64,000 bases of DNA from Pseudomonadales bacterium (GCA_012103535.1 WLWQ01000001.1:1182280-1246279); one strand, 5' to 3'. Positions 39,067-49,647 are shown, counted from the stretch's first letter. Made by a program: numbers and translations. The notes: generated by a model not told the origin, from the letters alone.

Positions 39067-39252
39067 TTCAATTTATTCAGATTTTTGTTTCATACGGCAT
39101 GAATGAGCTGGGCCGATCGATTGTGATTTAGAAAGAAATATGGTTTCATTGGAGGCCGCTTCAGCTCTACTCATAAGAGTATTGAGGCCACGAAAAAAGC
39201 ACAGAATTCGCTTTAAAAAAATAAGAAATAGCTCAATCGCGACGGACTCTAA

Positions 39253-40269
39253 ATGAAGAAATTAGTTGTAGGCCTGATTCTCGCGATCACTCTTTCATCC
39301 TGTACCGATGAACTCTCCCAAGCTAGACCCTATGTTCTAACAACTGCAACCACCGGCGGTACTTACTATCCAGTTGGTGTTGCAATAGCAACTCTCGCTC
39401 ACGCCCAACTTTCCGATTCCCAAGGCATATCCCTAACGGCGATCAGCTCTGCCGGCTCAATGGAAAACTTAAAACTACTGCGGGACAACCAGGCGCAGTT
39501 TGGAATTTTACAAGGACCATTCGGAGCCTGGTCCTGGACCGGTGAAGGACCAGTAAGCAGACCACAGACTCATCTACGCAGCGTCAGTGCGTTATGGAAA
39601 AACGTCGAACACTTTGTCTTACTAACCGAACTCACCGAGTCAAAATTCATGATGGATCTGGATAGCCTGAATGGTGAACGCTATGTTCTCGGCGCGAGAA
39701 ACTCCGGCGCCGAACAAACCGGCAGATTTATTCTTGATACTTTGGGTATCGACTACGAAGAGAAATTTAATCTGGCCTACATGGGTTATGGTCCTACTTC
39801 CAGCGCTATTCAAGATGGCAATATTGTTGGTATGAATATTCCAGCGGGTGCACCAGTGAGTGCAATTACCCGCGCCTACGCTTTCATGGGCGAACGCATG
39901 ACCATTTTAAACTGGACCCAGGAGTCTCTGGATAAATTGAATGCCCGTTATCCATTGTGGGATTGGTATGATTTTCCTCCTGGCACTTATCCCAGCCAAA
40001 CCGAAGCCATTCGCACCGTCGCCTCGCCAAATGTACTGGTTACACGTGCAGACATTCCCGATGATGTGGTTTACAACATAACAAAAGTAATATGGGAAAA
40101 CCTGGCAACACTGCAGGAAATACATGGTGCGACTAATGACATGCGACCGGAAATCGCCATCGCTGGTTTAGGAGCTCCCCTGCATAATGGCGCCCTACGC
40201 TATTATCGAGAAATAGGCACGCCCATTCCGGAGCGGTTAATCCTGGAAGAAAACGCCAATTCAAATTGA
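39253..40269 (+). CDS. TAXI-family TRAP transporter solute-binding lipoprotein
   Basis: It has a lipobox (TLSSC). TTATTGGTYYPVGVAIA...SSAGSMENLKLLRDNQAQFGILQ...HNGALRYYRE is the classic TAXI pattern. Confidence 0.85.
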   Translation: MKKLVVGLILAITLSSCTDELSQARPYVLTTATTGGTYYPVGVAIATLAHAQLSDSQGISLTAISSAGSMENLKLLRDNQAQFGILQGPFGAWSWTGEGPVSRPQTHLRSVSALWKNVEHFVLLTELTESKFMMDLDSLNGERYVLGARNSGAEQTGRFILDTLGIDYEEKFNLAYMGYGPTSSAIQDGNIVGMNIPAGAPVSAITRAYAFMGERMTILNWTQESLDKLNARYPLWDWYDFPPGTYPSQTEAIRTVASPNVLVTRADIPDDVVYNITKVIWENLATLQEIHGATNDMRPEIAIAGLGAPLHNGALRYYREIGTPIPERLILEENANSN

Positions 40270-40308
40270 TAAAGAAGAGAAGCCTTTAACTGTAGGTATA
40301 ACGAGAAA

Positions 40309-40797
40309 ATGAACGATTCAACAAATGAAAACCATGCCCATGAACCGGGTCACGATCTTCATGTCCCACATGAAGATCTCATAATTCATTTCTTAAACCA
40401 AATAATCAGAATGGCTGTAAAGATCTTAGCTGTCTTAATGGTATTAGTAATCGTGTGGGGCATTGGTGATGTCATCTTCGTGCTCTACCAGAGACTAATG
40501 GAGCCACCTGTCTTGTTGCTCAGTATTGGCGATATCCTTGCCACTTTTGGCGCCTTTCTCGCGGTGCTGATCGCCATTGAGATTTTTATGAATATCAGCA
40601 TGTATCTCACCAAGAATGTTATTCCGGTGCGGCTTGTGATCGCGACAGCGCTAATGGCCATTGCGCGAAAAGTTATTATTTTCGACTTCGAGCAATTATC
40701 TCCTCCTTATATATACGGCACTGCTGCCGTAATTTTAGCGCTCGGAATCACCTATTGGTTAATAGCCAGGAAACCAGGACGACAAGAAAATGTTTAG
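40309..40797 (+). CDS. PsiE-family-like four-TM membrane protein
   Basis: 162 aa. LAVLIAIEIFMNISMYL...PVRLVIATALMAIARKVIIFD resembles the PsiE core (EFIALIVKYF...ITAIVRLIIVD). Confidence 0.5.
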   Translation: MNDSTNENHAHEPGHDLHVPHEDLIIHFLNQIIRMAVKILAVLMVLVIVWGIGDVIFVLYQRLMEPPVLLLSIGDILATFGAFLAVLIAIEIFMNISMYLTKNVIPVRLVIATALMAIARKVIIFDFEQLSPPYIYGTAAVILALGITYWLIARKPGRQENV

Positions 40798-40812
40798 CCA
40801 GGGAACCGACTA

Positions 40813-42828
40813 GTGAATTCGATCTACTTGAAATGGGCCGCCTTCTTATTTGCCGTCTTTCATATTTACTGCAACGTTTTCGCCAGTATTTCTGAACTCT
40901 GGCTCTCCGCCATTCACTTCGGTGGTTTCTGCGCCATCTGCGCACTAATGGCGAACGAACAAGAAGATGTGAACCGAGGTTCCGTTCGTTATTGGTTCAA
41001 TGTCAGCCTGGCAGTGTTAGCAGTTGCAACGTCTACTTATTTGATTCTATTCGAGAACGCACTTTACGCCAGAGAAACGGAGTACATTCTTAGCGATTAC
41101 CTCTTTTCCTTAATCGCTATTGGTCTCGCCATCGAATTTACTCGCAGAACCACTGGCTGGTTCATGCCAGTATTGATACTGGTAAGCCTGTCGTACATTT
41201 TGTTCCTCGGTCGTTACATCTCTGGCGTATTCGCCTTCCCGGGTCTAAGCCTGGAAACTGTACTTTACCGCAGCTTCTTCACCAGTGAGGGCATGTTCGG
41301 ACTTACTGCACAAATCTCCTCTACCTTTGTCTTCATGTTTATTATTTTCGGCTCCTTCCTTTTAAAGTCAGGTGCCGGTGATTTCATTGTGCAGATTGCC
41401 CAGAGTATGACTCGTCGTCTGACCGGTGGCGCGGGTTTTGTCTCTGTGGTTGGTTCCGGTCTAATGGGATCTATCTCAGGCTCGGCCGTAGCAAATACCG
41501 TGTCTATTGGTGTAATCACTATTCCCATGATGAAGCGCTCGGGATTTTCACCTCGCTTTGCAGCAGGAGTTGAGGCCGCAGCATCTACCGGTGGCGCACT
41601 CATGCCTCCGGTAATGGGGGCAGGTGCCTTTGTATTAGCCAGCTACACTCAAATCTCCTATCTCACTGTCATCGCAGCGTCAGCCTTACCTGCCCTGCTC
41701 TATTTTTTGACTGTGTCCTATTTCGTTCGTATCGAAGCAAAGCGTTCCGGCTTAAAGCCGATTGAAGATGAGAATGCGGAAAAAATCTCCACGGTGTTAA
41801 AAGAAGGCTGGCATTTCATCATTCCACTTTCGGTATTAGTGGGTTTTTTAGTGGACGGGAGAACTCCCACCACTTCAGCTGCCTTTGCCATCATCAGCGT
41901 CATCGGGGCCTCCTGGTTATCACCGAAACCGATGCGGCTTCCCGATATTTTTGATGCAATTGTCGGTGGCGTTAAGACGATGGTATCCACTGCGCTGCTG
42001 TTAGTTTCTGTGGGCATAATCATCAACGTGGTGACAACAACCGGCGTGGGTAATGCGTTCTCACTCATGATCGTGGAGTGGGCACAAGGTAACTTGCTAA
42101 TCACACTAGTGCTGGTTGCACTGGCATCACTAGTACTCGGCATGGGATTACCGGTTACTGCTTCTTATATTGTTCTGGCGACATTATCAGCGCCTTTGAT
42201 TTTTGATCTGATCACTCAATCTGCTTTACTCGAAGCATTGCAGGCTGGCGACTTGCCCAGCAACGTTGCCGCAACCATTGGTCTATTCGGCGGCGACCCT
42301 TTGGTGGCGCTGCAAGAAATGCCATTAGAGATGAAGCAATTGATTAGACAGGAAATGTTAGATCCAGAAGTCCTAACCGGCATGTTGTTAAGTGCACACT
42401 TGATCATCTTCTGGTTATCGCAAGATAGCAACGTAACTCCTCCGGTCTGCCTGGCTTCATTTGCCGCTGCAGGTATTGCTGGAACTCGACCCATGGCAAC
42501 GGGTTTAACCAGCTGGAAGATCGCCAAGGGCTTATACCTGGTGCCAGTACTCTTCGCTTACTCACCCTTGATATCAGGCACCTGGCCGGAACGAATCGAA
42601 GTGTTCTTATGGTCCTGCCTCGGACTCTATGCCATGGCAGGATTGCTGCAATGGCATTTGGAAAAGAAAATTAATGCCCTGATTGCTGCAGCATTAGTTG
42701 TAAGTGCCATATTATTAATGTGGACACCTTTCCCAATTTATTACCACGTGGCCGGCGCCGCCATCTTGTTCGGTATTTTGTTATTTCAAAGCAAGAGCGA
42801 ATCCATCGTCCCCGCTCCCAGCACATAA
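40813..42828 (+). CDS. TRAP transporter fused permease (TAXI-type DctQM fusion)
   Basis: 671 aa and highly hydrophobic with many TM helices. It has a GTG start and lies downstream of the TAXI binding protein. Confidence 0.8.
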   Translation: MNSIYLKWAAFLFAVFHIYCNVFASISELWLSAIHFGGFCAICALMANEQEDVNRGSVRYWFNVSLAVLAVATSTYLILFENALYARETEYILSDYLFSLIAIGLAIEFTRRTTGWFMPVLILVSLSYILFLGRYISGVFAFPGLSLETVLYRSFFTSEGMFGLTAQISSTFVFMFIIFGSFLLKSGAGDFIVQIAQSMTRRLTGGAGFVSVVGSGLMGSISGSAVANTVSIGVITIPMMKRSGFSPRFAAGVEAAASTGGALMPPVMGAGAFVLASYTQISYLTVIAASALPALLYFLTVSYFVRIEAKRSGLKPIEDENAEKISTVLKEGWHFIIPLSVLVGFLVDGRTPTTSAAFAIISVIGASWLSPKPMRLPDIFDAIVGGVKTMVSTALLLVSVGIIINVVTTTGVGNAFSLMIVEWAQGNLLITLVLVALASLVLGMGLPVTASYIVLATLSAPLIFDLITQSALLEALQAGDLPSNVAATIGLFGGDPLVALQEMPLEMKQLIRQEMLDPEVLTGMLLSAHLIIFWLSQDSNVTPPVCLASFAAAGIAGTRPMATGLTSWKIAKGLYLVPVLFAYSPLISGTWPERIEVFLWSCLGLYAMAGLLQWHLEKKINALIAAALVVSAILLMWTPFPIYYHVAGAAILFGILLFQSKSESIVPAPST

Positions 42829-42854
42829 CCAATCCACTAACTTTAGAGAAAATC

Positions 42855-43862
42855 ATGAGTACTAAAGCCAGACAAATTCACCTGGTAAGTCGACCCGCCG
42901 GCATGCCTACCCACGAACATTTCGAAACTGTTGAAGTCGAACTTCCCGCTCCTGGGGATGGACAGGTATTGGTTAAAAATCACTACATGTCTGTAGATCC
43001 TTATATGCGGGGTCGCATGCGTGCACAAGGCGTGTATGCCGAACCCTATGCATTGAAACAGCCGATGTATGGTGGAGCGGTGGGCGAAGTGTTGGAATCA
43101 AATGCAGCAGGCTTACAGGCTGGAGACATCGTCTTGAATGGCGCCGCCTGGCAAGACAACTTTGTAGCAGATGCGAGCACAGTTAGTAAATTTACACCCT
43201 TCGACCCGGAGCGCTTGTCACTCTATCTTGGCACCTTGGGGATGCCTGGCATGACTGCTTACGTCGGTTTGTTTAAATTCGGCGAACCGAAAGAAGGAGA
43301 AACAGTATTCGTTTCAGCAGCGTCCGGCGCGGTGGGTGCAAACGTGTGCCAGATCGCCAAACGATTAGGCTGTCGCGTTGTCGGTTCCGTTGGCAGCGAC
43401 GCAAAAGCACAGTGGCTGCTGGATGAATGCGGGGTTGATGCTGTGATTAATTACAAAACCTGTGGTGATTTGACCGAAGCCCTGGCCGCGGCAGCGCCCA
43501 ATGGGGTCGATGTTTATTTCGAAAACGTCGGTGGTGAACACCTGCAGGCCGCGCTAAATGTTATGAATCCGTTCGGTCGTATCGCCGCCTGCGGCATGAT
43601 CGCCTCTTATAACAATGCCGAGCCTGCTCCAGGACCGAATAATTTGATGCTGATCGTTGGCAAAAAAGTTCGCATAAACGGATTTATCGTGTTCGATCAT
43701 AACGATATGCGGGAACAATTCTTGTCGGATATGGAAGCCTGGGTCGCTGAAGGAAAGATAAAAACGAAGGAAACTGTCGTCGAAGGACTCGATAACGCAG
43801 TTGATGCTTTTCTCGCTCTGTTCAGCGGTGATAACTTCGGAAAAATGATCGTTAAACTTTGA
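42855..43862 (+). CDS. NADP-dependent medium-chain oxidoreductase (alkenal/one reductase, YncB/CurA-like)
   Basis: Start at the ATG at 42855 (MSTKARQIHLV...). Motifs: YMSVDPYMRGRM, GMPGMTAY, AASGAVG and FGKMIVKL. The longer listed ORF would overlap the TRAP permease gene. Confidence 0.8.
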   Translation: MSTKARQIHLVSRPAGMPTHEHFETVEVELPAPGDGQVLVKNHYMSVDPYMRGRMRAQGVYAEPYALKQPMYGGAVGEVLESNAAGLQAGDIVLNGAAWQDNFVADASTVSKFTPFDPERLSLYLGTLGMPGMTAYVGLFKFGEPKEGETVFVSAASGAVGANVCQIAKRLGCRVVGSVGSDAKAQWLLDECGVDAVINYKTCGDLTEALAAAAPNGVDVYFENVGGEHLQAALNVMNPFGRIAACGMIASYNNAEPAPGPNNLMLIVGKKVRINGFIVFDHNDMREQFLSDMEAWVAEGKIKTKETVVEGLDNAVDAFLALFSGDNFGKMIVKL

Positions 43863-43959
43863 GGCGGAGCACAAAGTTAGCTTGAAGAATTATCAATTTA
43901 AGTTTCGCTTTACTTCCAGCAATGGCAATCTAGTCCCGTAACTAAGGATTTAGATTGCC

Positions 43960-44904
43960 ATGTTAATCCCTTCTCTATTGGTTATTTGTGGATTTATCAT
44001 GCTCGGTGCGGGTGCCGAGTTTATGGTAGCTGGCAGTAGTCGACTCGCCATTCGGATTGGAATTTCCCCCCTCATCGTCGGCCTTACGATCGTGGCATTT
44101 GGAACCAGTGCCCCTGAGTTAGCAGTAAGCATCAAATCGACTACAGAGGATTACAGCGCCCTCGGCAACGTCATCGGCTCCAATATTGCTAATATCGGGC
44201 TAGTACTTGGAATAACCGCACTTATTAGCCCCATCCGCATCGAAAAACAATTAGTCCGTACCCAGATCCCGGTGGTTATCGTGGCCTCTGTTTTCATGGG
44301 TGTGTTGCTATTGGACGGCGAATTAAATTTAACCGATGGCGCAATGCTCTCGATTGCATTGCTTATTTACCTTTATGCAAATTTCCGTCAAGCCGACAAG
44401 GAATTTGAGCGAGATGAGCTGGATATCCATCCAACCCTTGCCGCCAAAGAAGCCGGACAAACCTCGTTTAACTTTATCCTTATAATCAGCGGCCTCGCTT
44501 TATTGGTTTTTGGCAGCCAGGTGTTCGTAGATAACGCCGTAACACTGGCCCGGGTAATTGGTTTTTCTGAGGCTCTTATAGGACTGACACTAATCGCCAT
44601 CGGCACCAGCATCCCTGAACTTGCCACATCAATCGTAGCCGCAACTCGCCGTCAGTCTGATATCGCCGTCGGCAACATCGTTGGTTCGAATGTTTTCAAT
44701 ATTTTGTGTGTGCTGGGTATCACCGCGCTCATCAGTCCAATAGCAGGAAATCAGTTCTCAACAACTGACTTCGCTGTGATGATTTTGTTTTCTTCTATTC
44801 TGCTCCCCCTCGCCTGGACCAATCTGACTCTAAGTCGCACCGAAGGAATGTTTTTACTTGCAGGCTATGTCGTCTATTTAGTATTCGTCACCCAGCAAGC
44901 ATAA
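43960..44904 (+). CDS. Ca2+/cation antiporter (CaCA family, YrbG-like)
   Basis: It has two alpha-repeats, GTSAPELAVS and GTSIPELATS, and about 10 TM helices. Confidence 0.85.
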   Translation: MLIPSLLVICGFIMLGAGAEFMVAGSSRLAIRIGISPLIVGLTIVAFGTSAPELAVSIKSTTEDYSALGNVIGSNIANIGLVLGITALISPIRIEKQLVRTQIPVVIVASVFMGVLLLDGELNLTDGAMLSIALLIYLYANFRQADKEFERDELDIHPTLAAKEAGQTSFNFILIISGLALLVFGSQVFVDNAVTLARVIGFSEALIGLTLIAIGTSIPELATSIVAATRRQSDIAVGNIVGSNVFNILCVLGITALISPIAGNQFSTTDFAVMILFSSILLPLAWTNLTLSRTEGMFLLAGYVVYLVFVTQQA

Positions 44905-44913
44905 AATCGAGCA

Positions 44914-44938
44914 CAAAAAAACGCGGCCTGTGGCCGCG
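44914..44938 (-). terminator. Rho-independent terminator of the coiled-coil gene
   Basis: On the minus strand, CGCGGCC-aca-GGCCGCG is followed by TTTTTTT. Confidence 0.75.
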
Positions 44939-44967
44939 AAACGTCTGAGCATTGTTAAAAAATTCTA

Positions 44968-47052
44968 TTAGCGATTCACATGCCGCTCGCTGTTAAGTGC
45001 ATTTGCCCGGTTAAGCTGTTTTTCCAAACTGTTCACAGAATCGGCAGAATCCTGCAGTGAATCAGGAAAATCGGGCCACACATTGTCTGGCAATCTGGGC
45101 TCGTTGTTTTGAACTTGAGACTTCAGGAAACGATTTTCATTGGATAGCTGTTCATTGTTTTTAAGCAGGGTTTTCAATGAAGATTGAGACTCAAGAATGA
45201 TTTTCTGCGACTGCACCGTTGTCTGTTGAAATTCCTTAATGCTATTACTGTAATCTTCACTGTTATCGCTGTATTCCTGCATGGTCAGCCGGGCTTTTTC
45301 TAATAACGCTTCATTATCATGCAGTGCTTTCATCGAGGTTTCATGCAACTCCAGATATTTTCGCTCTGCTTCTATGGCTGCTTGATATTTTTTCTCTGCT
45401 GCCTTTAAGCGATCCTGATAATGTTTGTTGAGCTTAAACGATGACTCTAATTCTTCTGCGTACTTTTCAGATGTGCGTTTGGCTTCTAAAGTTGCGGTAA
45501 CGGATTCTTTGTTCAAGCGCATACATTCTTTTTGTATGAGCGTTGAATTGTTTATATTAGTGCGCATGGCATCCAGAGATTCATGGGCATCTTCGTTGGT
45601 CTTGCGGGAAGTACCAATCAATTCGTTTAGCTCATCCCGAGTTTCACACATGGTATCCATGTATTCATTGAGTCGACCAATACTGGATTGAGAGTCTTCG
45701 TTGATTTGCACCGAAGTATGTAAAACCTGGTTGGTCTTATCTCTGGCCTCGCTGCATTCGATCGCCAGTTGCTCTAACTCTTGTTGATTCAGCTGGGCTT
45801 TTTCCAGCACGGCATTCAACATGTTGTTTAGGCCGGTATTGTCTTCTTGAATGACTTCGCTGGTGGAAATAAGGCTGGTCATCTGCTCTGCCAATTCTCT
45901 GGCAGTACTGTTCCCTGTAAAGACTTCTTTTAACGCGCATTCTACCTGAGCTTTTTCCTGACGGGTTTCTGCCAGTGCCACAGTGAGTTTTTCTAAAGCT
46001 TCACGAATAGTGGCAGTGTGGTTCTGTTGCGCCAGCTCGGACTCATCTCTAACTTCGCGACATTCACTGGTTAAAACCGTAAGCTCTTCGCGGTGCTGCT
46101 GATTTCGAAGCAGGCTGCTTTGCAGTTCCAAATTGAATGTCTTGTTTTCTTTTTGGCACACTTCGGCAGAATCAATTAGATCTGCCATGCGACTGTTCAA
46201 CGCAATACTTTCACCATTACTCGTTAGAACTCTTTCTAATACCTTTTCTGTCCGTTGCCGTTCCTGGGCAATTTCTTCGGAGAGCTTGGTACAGGCATCC
46301 ATCACGATTTCACCAGCTTCTCGCTGTTGCTGATTCTCCGTCAGGCTCTCTCTGACCCGCTCGCCTAATTGCTGCAACTGTTGCTGCAAACTTTCCGAGA
46401 ATTCATTGGTGCGCTTGGATACTTCAATAACTTGTTCTACTACATTGAGTTGTTCATTGACATCCAGTTTGCAACGATTGAGTTCTTCCAAAAGCCTGGA
46501 TGACTTCTCATTAACAGATATCCCGCGGTCCGTCGCAGAATCCATTTTCTGTTGCGTAAGCGCTGTATGCTCAACGCTTTGAATCAATTGAGTTCGCAAT
46601 TCTTCGCATTGTTCGTTAGCAGTTATTGAGCGCTCGAGATGCTCGTTTAAACTTTTCTGAATTGTTTGATTTTGGTCTATTACGAATTGGGCGTTGTAAG
46701 TGATTTCATAACATTTGTTGGTAGCATTTTCACTGACGATATTTAAACCCTGGATATCTTGCTGAACTTGTTCACTCTGTTGGTTTAATTCGGTAGTGCG
46801 ATCGATTAATGCTTGAAGCTCTTTCCCTTGCTGTTCCTTTTCAATGCGCTTATCCAGCAATGTCACCAATTGCTGTTGTTGCTCTTCGCTCAGAATCGAA
46901 ACTGAATTTTTTGATTTTTGACGCGCGAGTTTTTGTTCCAGCGATTGAATATGCTGCTGCAGTTGCTCTCGATCTAAAGATGCTAGCCTGTCGGTTCTAT
47001 CCCGTGAGGTTTGCTCAGTACTACTATGGTCTATTGCCACTTCGCCATTCAT
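44968..47052 (-). CDS. Large cytoplasmic coiled-coil protein (694 aa), function unknown
   Basis: It has no signal peptide or TM helix. It is Q/E/L-rich with a heptad character throughout, contains internal repeat modules, and has its own terminator. Confidence 0.7.
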   Translation of the reverse strand: MNGEVAIDHSSTEQTSRDRTDRLASLDREQLQQHIQSLEQKLARQKSKNSVSILSEEQQQQLVTLLDKRIEKEQQGKELQALIDRTTELNQQSEQVQQDIQGLNIVSENATNKCYEITYNAQFVIDQNQTIQKSLNEHLERSITANEQCEELRTQLIQSVEHTALTQQKMDSATDRGISVNEKSSRLLEELNRCKLDVNEQLNVVEQVIEVSKRTNEFSESLQQQLQQLGERVRESLTENQQQREAGEIVMDACTKLSEEIAQERQRTEKVLERVLTSNGESIALNSRMADLIDSAEVCQKENKTFNLELQSSLLRNQQHREELTVLTSECREVRDESELAQQNHTATIREALEKLTVALAETRQEKAQVECALKEVFTGNSTARELAEQMTSLISTSEVIQEDNTGLNNMLNAVLEKAQLNQQELEQLAIECSEARDKTNQVLHTSVQINEDSQSSIGRLNEYMDTMCETRDELNELIGTSRKTNEDAHESLDAMRTNINNSTLIQKECMRLNKESVTATLEAKRTSEKYAEELESSFKLNKHYQDRLKAAEKKYQAAIEAERKYLELHETSMKALHDNEALLEKARLTMQEYSDNSEDYSNSIKEFQQTTVQSQKIILESQSSLKTLLKNNEQLSNENRFLKSQVQNNEPRLPDNVWPDFPDSLQDSADSVNSLEKQLNRANALNSERHVNR

Positions 47053-47283
47053 AGAAATTGTCCTTTCCGGCTAACGAGCTATCTTTTGGGAGCTCGCGAG
47101 TCTGCGTTTTTCGCAGGTCTTCTCTAGGTTTAGTACGATTTCCACTTTTACGCCATTAATTTGACCCCAAATCACGTGGTAGGAGGTATTAATTTGGCGT
47201 GCCTCTGAAAAGGCGCGTAAACAGGGCTTGAAGAGCTTTGACGGCTTGGTTTTGGGGTTGAACTGCGAGTAGCAGGTCTTGGG

Positions 47284-48999
47284 CTAGCGTAAATCTTCCA
47301 CGGCTTGGTTTTGGGATAAATAATTATTCCCAGAGAGGGACTTAAAGAATTCCGTAGTGGCTAACCTGCCCATAATGGGATCTTTAACTTCCGATAAATG
47401 CAGCTTGATACCCGACTCCTGGAGAGTCTCATTTATTTTTTCCAGAGTTTCCAGGGCACTCATGTCGATCTTGTTCACTGCAGTACACATGAGTATCACA
47501 TGTTCCAGTTTCGGTTTGTCGGCGATCAATTTGAAAATCAATTCTTCCAGATAACGGGTATTGGAAAAATACAAACTCTCATCGATACGAATTGAAAGTT
47601 GGTTTTCGAAAGTTTCGACGGTATGTCTGTCGACACTCCTAAAATGCTCGGTACCGTGTACGCGACCGATTACCGCAACATGGGGCTGGGAAGTTTTGTA
47701 GAGGTGAATCAGAATGGATGCCAGCACCCCGGCGCCAATACCGAATTCCACACCAACTGTCAGCGTTAACGCCAGTGTTATGAAAACAGCAGAGAAATCT
47801 GCTTTTGAATACTTCCAGGATTTACGCAGCACAGAAAAATCGATTAATCCATAAATTGCGACAATGATAATGGCAGCCAGCGCAACCCGAGGTAACCAGA
47901 ACAATGCTGGCGTGAAGAACAACGCAACAATGGTAATGAGTATGGCGGTGAATAATCCCGCTGCCGGCGTTGCCGCGCCGGCTTCAAAGTTGACTACCGA
48001 ACGAGAAAAACCACCACTAATGGGAAAGCCCCCGCTAAAAGATGTAGCAAGATTAGCCGCGCCCAGACCAACCAGCTCCTGATCCAGGTCCACCCTTTCC
48101 CTTCTTCTCGCCGCCAGGGTCTGGGCAACCGATATCGATTCAACAAAACCGATAATCGAAATGAGTAAGGCCGATCCTACCAGTGCACTCAATAAATCCG
48201 GTGACATGTCCGGTAATGCAATCACTGGCAGTCCTTCGGGCACTTCACCTAACAACTGCACGCCATACTGATCCAAACGAAATACGTATGCCAATAAACC
48301 AGTTATTAGCGCTACGAACAATGGTCCCGCACGGGAAAAAGTAGTAGCTATGCGACTGTCTACACCCAGTTTAAGAAAACCGTTCTTGATAACAGTCTTA
48401 CTTAAGACGATAAAAACTATCGAACCCACACCGAGTGCAAGGGTCACTAAATTAGTGCCCGGGATTTCAACTACTAAGGAAAAAAAGAGTTCGACGAAAT
48501 TCTGACCATTTGCAGACACTCCGAGCATGTGTTGCATCTGGCTTAGACCGATAATCAATGCCGAGGCGGTGATAAAAGCACTAATTACCGGATGAGAGAT
48601 AAAGTTAGCCATAAAGCCCAGGCGTAATAATCCCAACAACAATAAAAAGACGCCGGATAAAAAGGTTAGAGCTAGAGCTGCTGCTACCATTTCTTCTGGA
48701 GTAGGAAGAGAAAGTTTCGCAAGTGCCGCCGCGGTCATCAAAGAAATTACTGCAACCGGCGCAACGGATAAGCTGTTGCTGGTACCAAAAATTGCGTAAA
48801 CGGATAGACCGACAATAGAGGCGTACAATCCAGTTTCCGCCGGCAGTCCTGCTATCAGCGCATAGGCCAGCGCTTGCGGAATCAACATGATAGCGACGAT
48901 AAGCGCTGCTATCGTGTCATCGGCAAACTTCGAGTTGGAATAGTTTGGGCCCCAAGTAAAAACTGGGAAGTAGCGTTTTAGCGAAAATCCATTCTTCAA
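47284..48999 (-). CDS. SulP-family anion transporter with a C-terminal STAS domain
   Basis: 571 aa. IAALIVAIMLIPQALAYALIAGLP is the SulP signature region. The STAS-like tail reads VILMCTAVNKIDMSALETL. Confidence 0.85.
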   Translation of the reverse strand: MKNGFSLKRYFPVFTWGPNYSNSKFADDTIAALIVAIMLIPQALAYALIAGLPAETGLYASIVGLSVYAIFGTSNSLSVAPVAVISLMTAAALAKLSLPTPEEMVAAALALTFLSGVFLLLLGLLRLGFMANFISHPVISAFITASALIIGLSQMQHMLGVSANGQNFVELFFSLVVEIPGTNLVTLALGVGSIVFIVLSKTVIKNGFLKLGVDSRIATTFSRAGPLFVALITGLLAYVFRLDQYGVQLLGEVPEGLPVIALPDMSPDLLSALVGSALLISIIGFVESISVAQTLAARRRERVDLDQELVGLGAANLATSFSGGFPISGGFSRSVVNFEAGAATPAAGLFTAILITIVALFFTPALFWLPRVALAAIIIVAIYGLIDFSVLRKSWKYSKADFSAVFITLALTLTVGVEFGIGAGVLASILIHLYKTSQPHVAVIGRVHGTEHFRSVDRHTVETFENQLSIRIDESLYFSNTRYLEELIFKLIADKPKLEHVILMCTAVNKIDMSALETLEKINETLQESGIKLHLSEVKDPIMGRLATTEFFKSLSGNNYLSQNQAVEDLR

Positions 49000-49014
49000 A
49001 GCAATACTCTTATT

Positions 49015-49551
49015 CTAATTAACTGACACTCCTGATTTTCTTCCCTTAACTAGACGGTAGCACTTCTGGCATCCGAAGATACTTAAATCCATAGTCAGTG
49101 TGATGAAAATCGCTAGTGCTATCCCCCATTGTATCGCGACCGAATTCAAAGGCACGGTATAACTGTATTGATCCAGTGCTTCGTCTAAGAACTCTTGATC
49201 TGCAGCAAACATCACATGCAGGGCTACTGCAAATGCGTTGTTTTGCAATGCGTTTCTTTCATTCAGGATACGCGTATAGCGGTTCGCAATCAGCCTAATA
49301 CTATCGGCATCACTTTCGAAAACTTCGTCATTGCTACTTGCATAATAAGCGATTAGCGCTTCCAGGTCTCCATCAAAAAGGCGATCAGCCGTGGTTTGGA
49401 ATCCGCTGATATTGATACTCACTTCCCGAAAATGAGCATCTATGCGTTGGCTATATTGATCCATAAAGCTCGGCACCTGGATACCCAACAAGATACCCAC
49501 CGCGAAGATTGCTAGGCGGCTATAGGCTCGAAACAGAGAAGTGAAAAACAT
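49015..49551 (-). CDS. DUF2937-like membrane protein
   Basis: 178 aa. The N-terminal GILLGIQVPSFMDQYSQRIDAHFRE pattern is recalled from DUF2937. There is a C-terminal TM helix. Confidence 0.45.
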   Translation of the reverse strand: MFFTSLFRAYSRLAIFAVGILLGIQVPSFMDQYSQRIDAHFREVSINISGFQTTADRLFDGDLEALIAYYASSNDEVFESDADSIRLIANRYTRILNERNALQNNAFAVALHVMFAADQEFLDEALDQYSYTVPLNSVAIQWGIALAIFITLTMDLSIFGCQKCYRLVKGRKSGVSVN

Positions 49552-49647
49552 AAATAAACTATAGGCAGAAGTAGTAGGGAGAACAGTTAGCTAGCTCAAA
49601 GTATGACAACTCAAACAGGTATTTAGTTCAAGCAAGGCTATTGCAGA

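Noticed and set aside
42720-42854. N-terminal 45-aa extension of the oxidoreductase ORF
   Set aside because: The extension overlaps the end of the TRAP permease gene and is Arg-rich nonsense. The conserved family N-terminus begins at the ATG at 42855.
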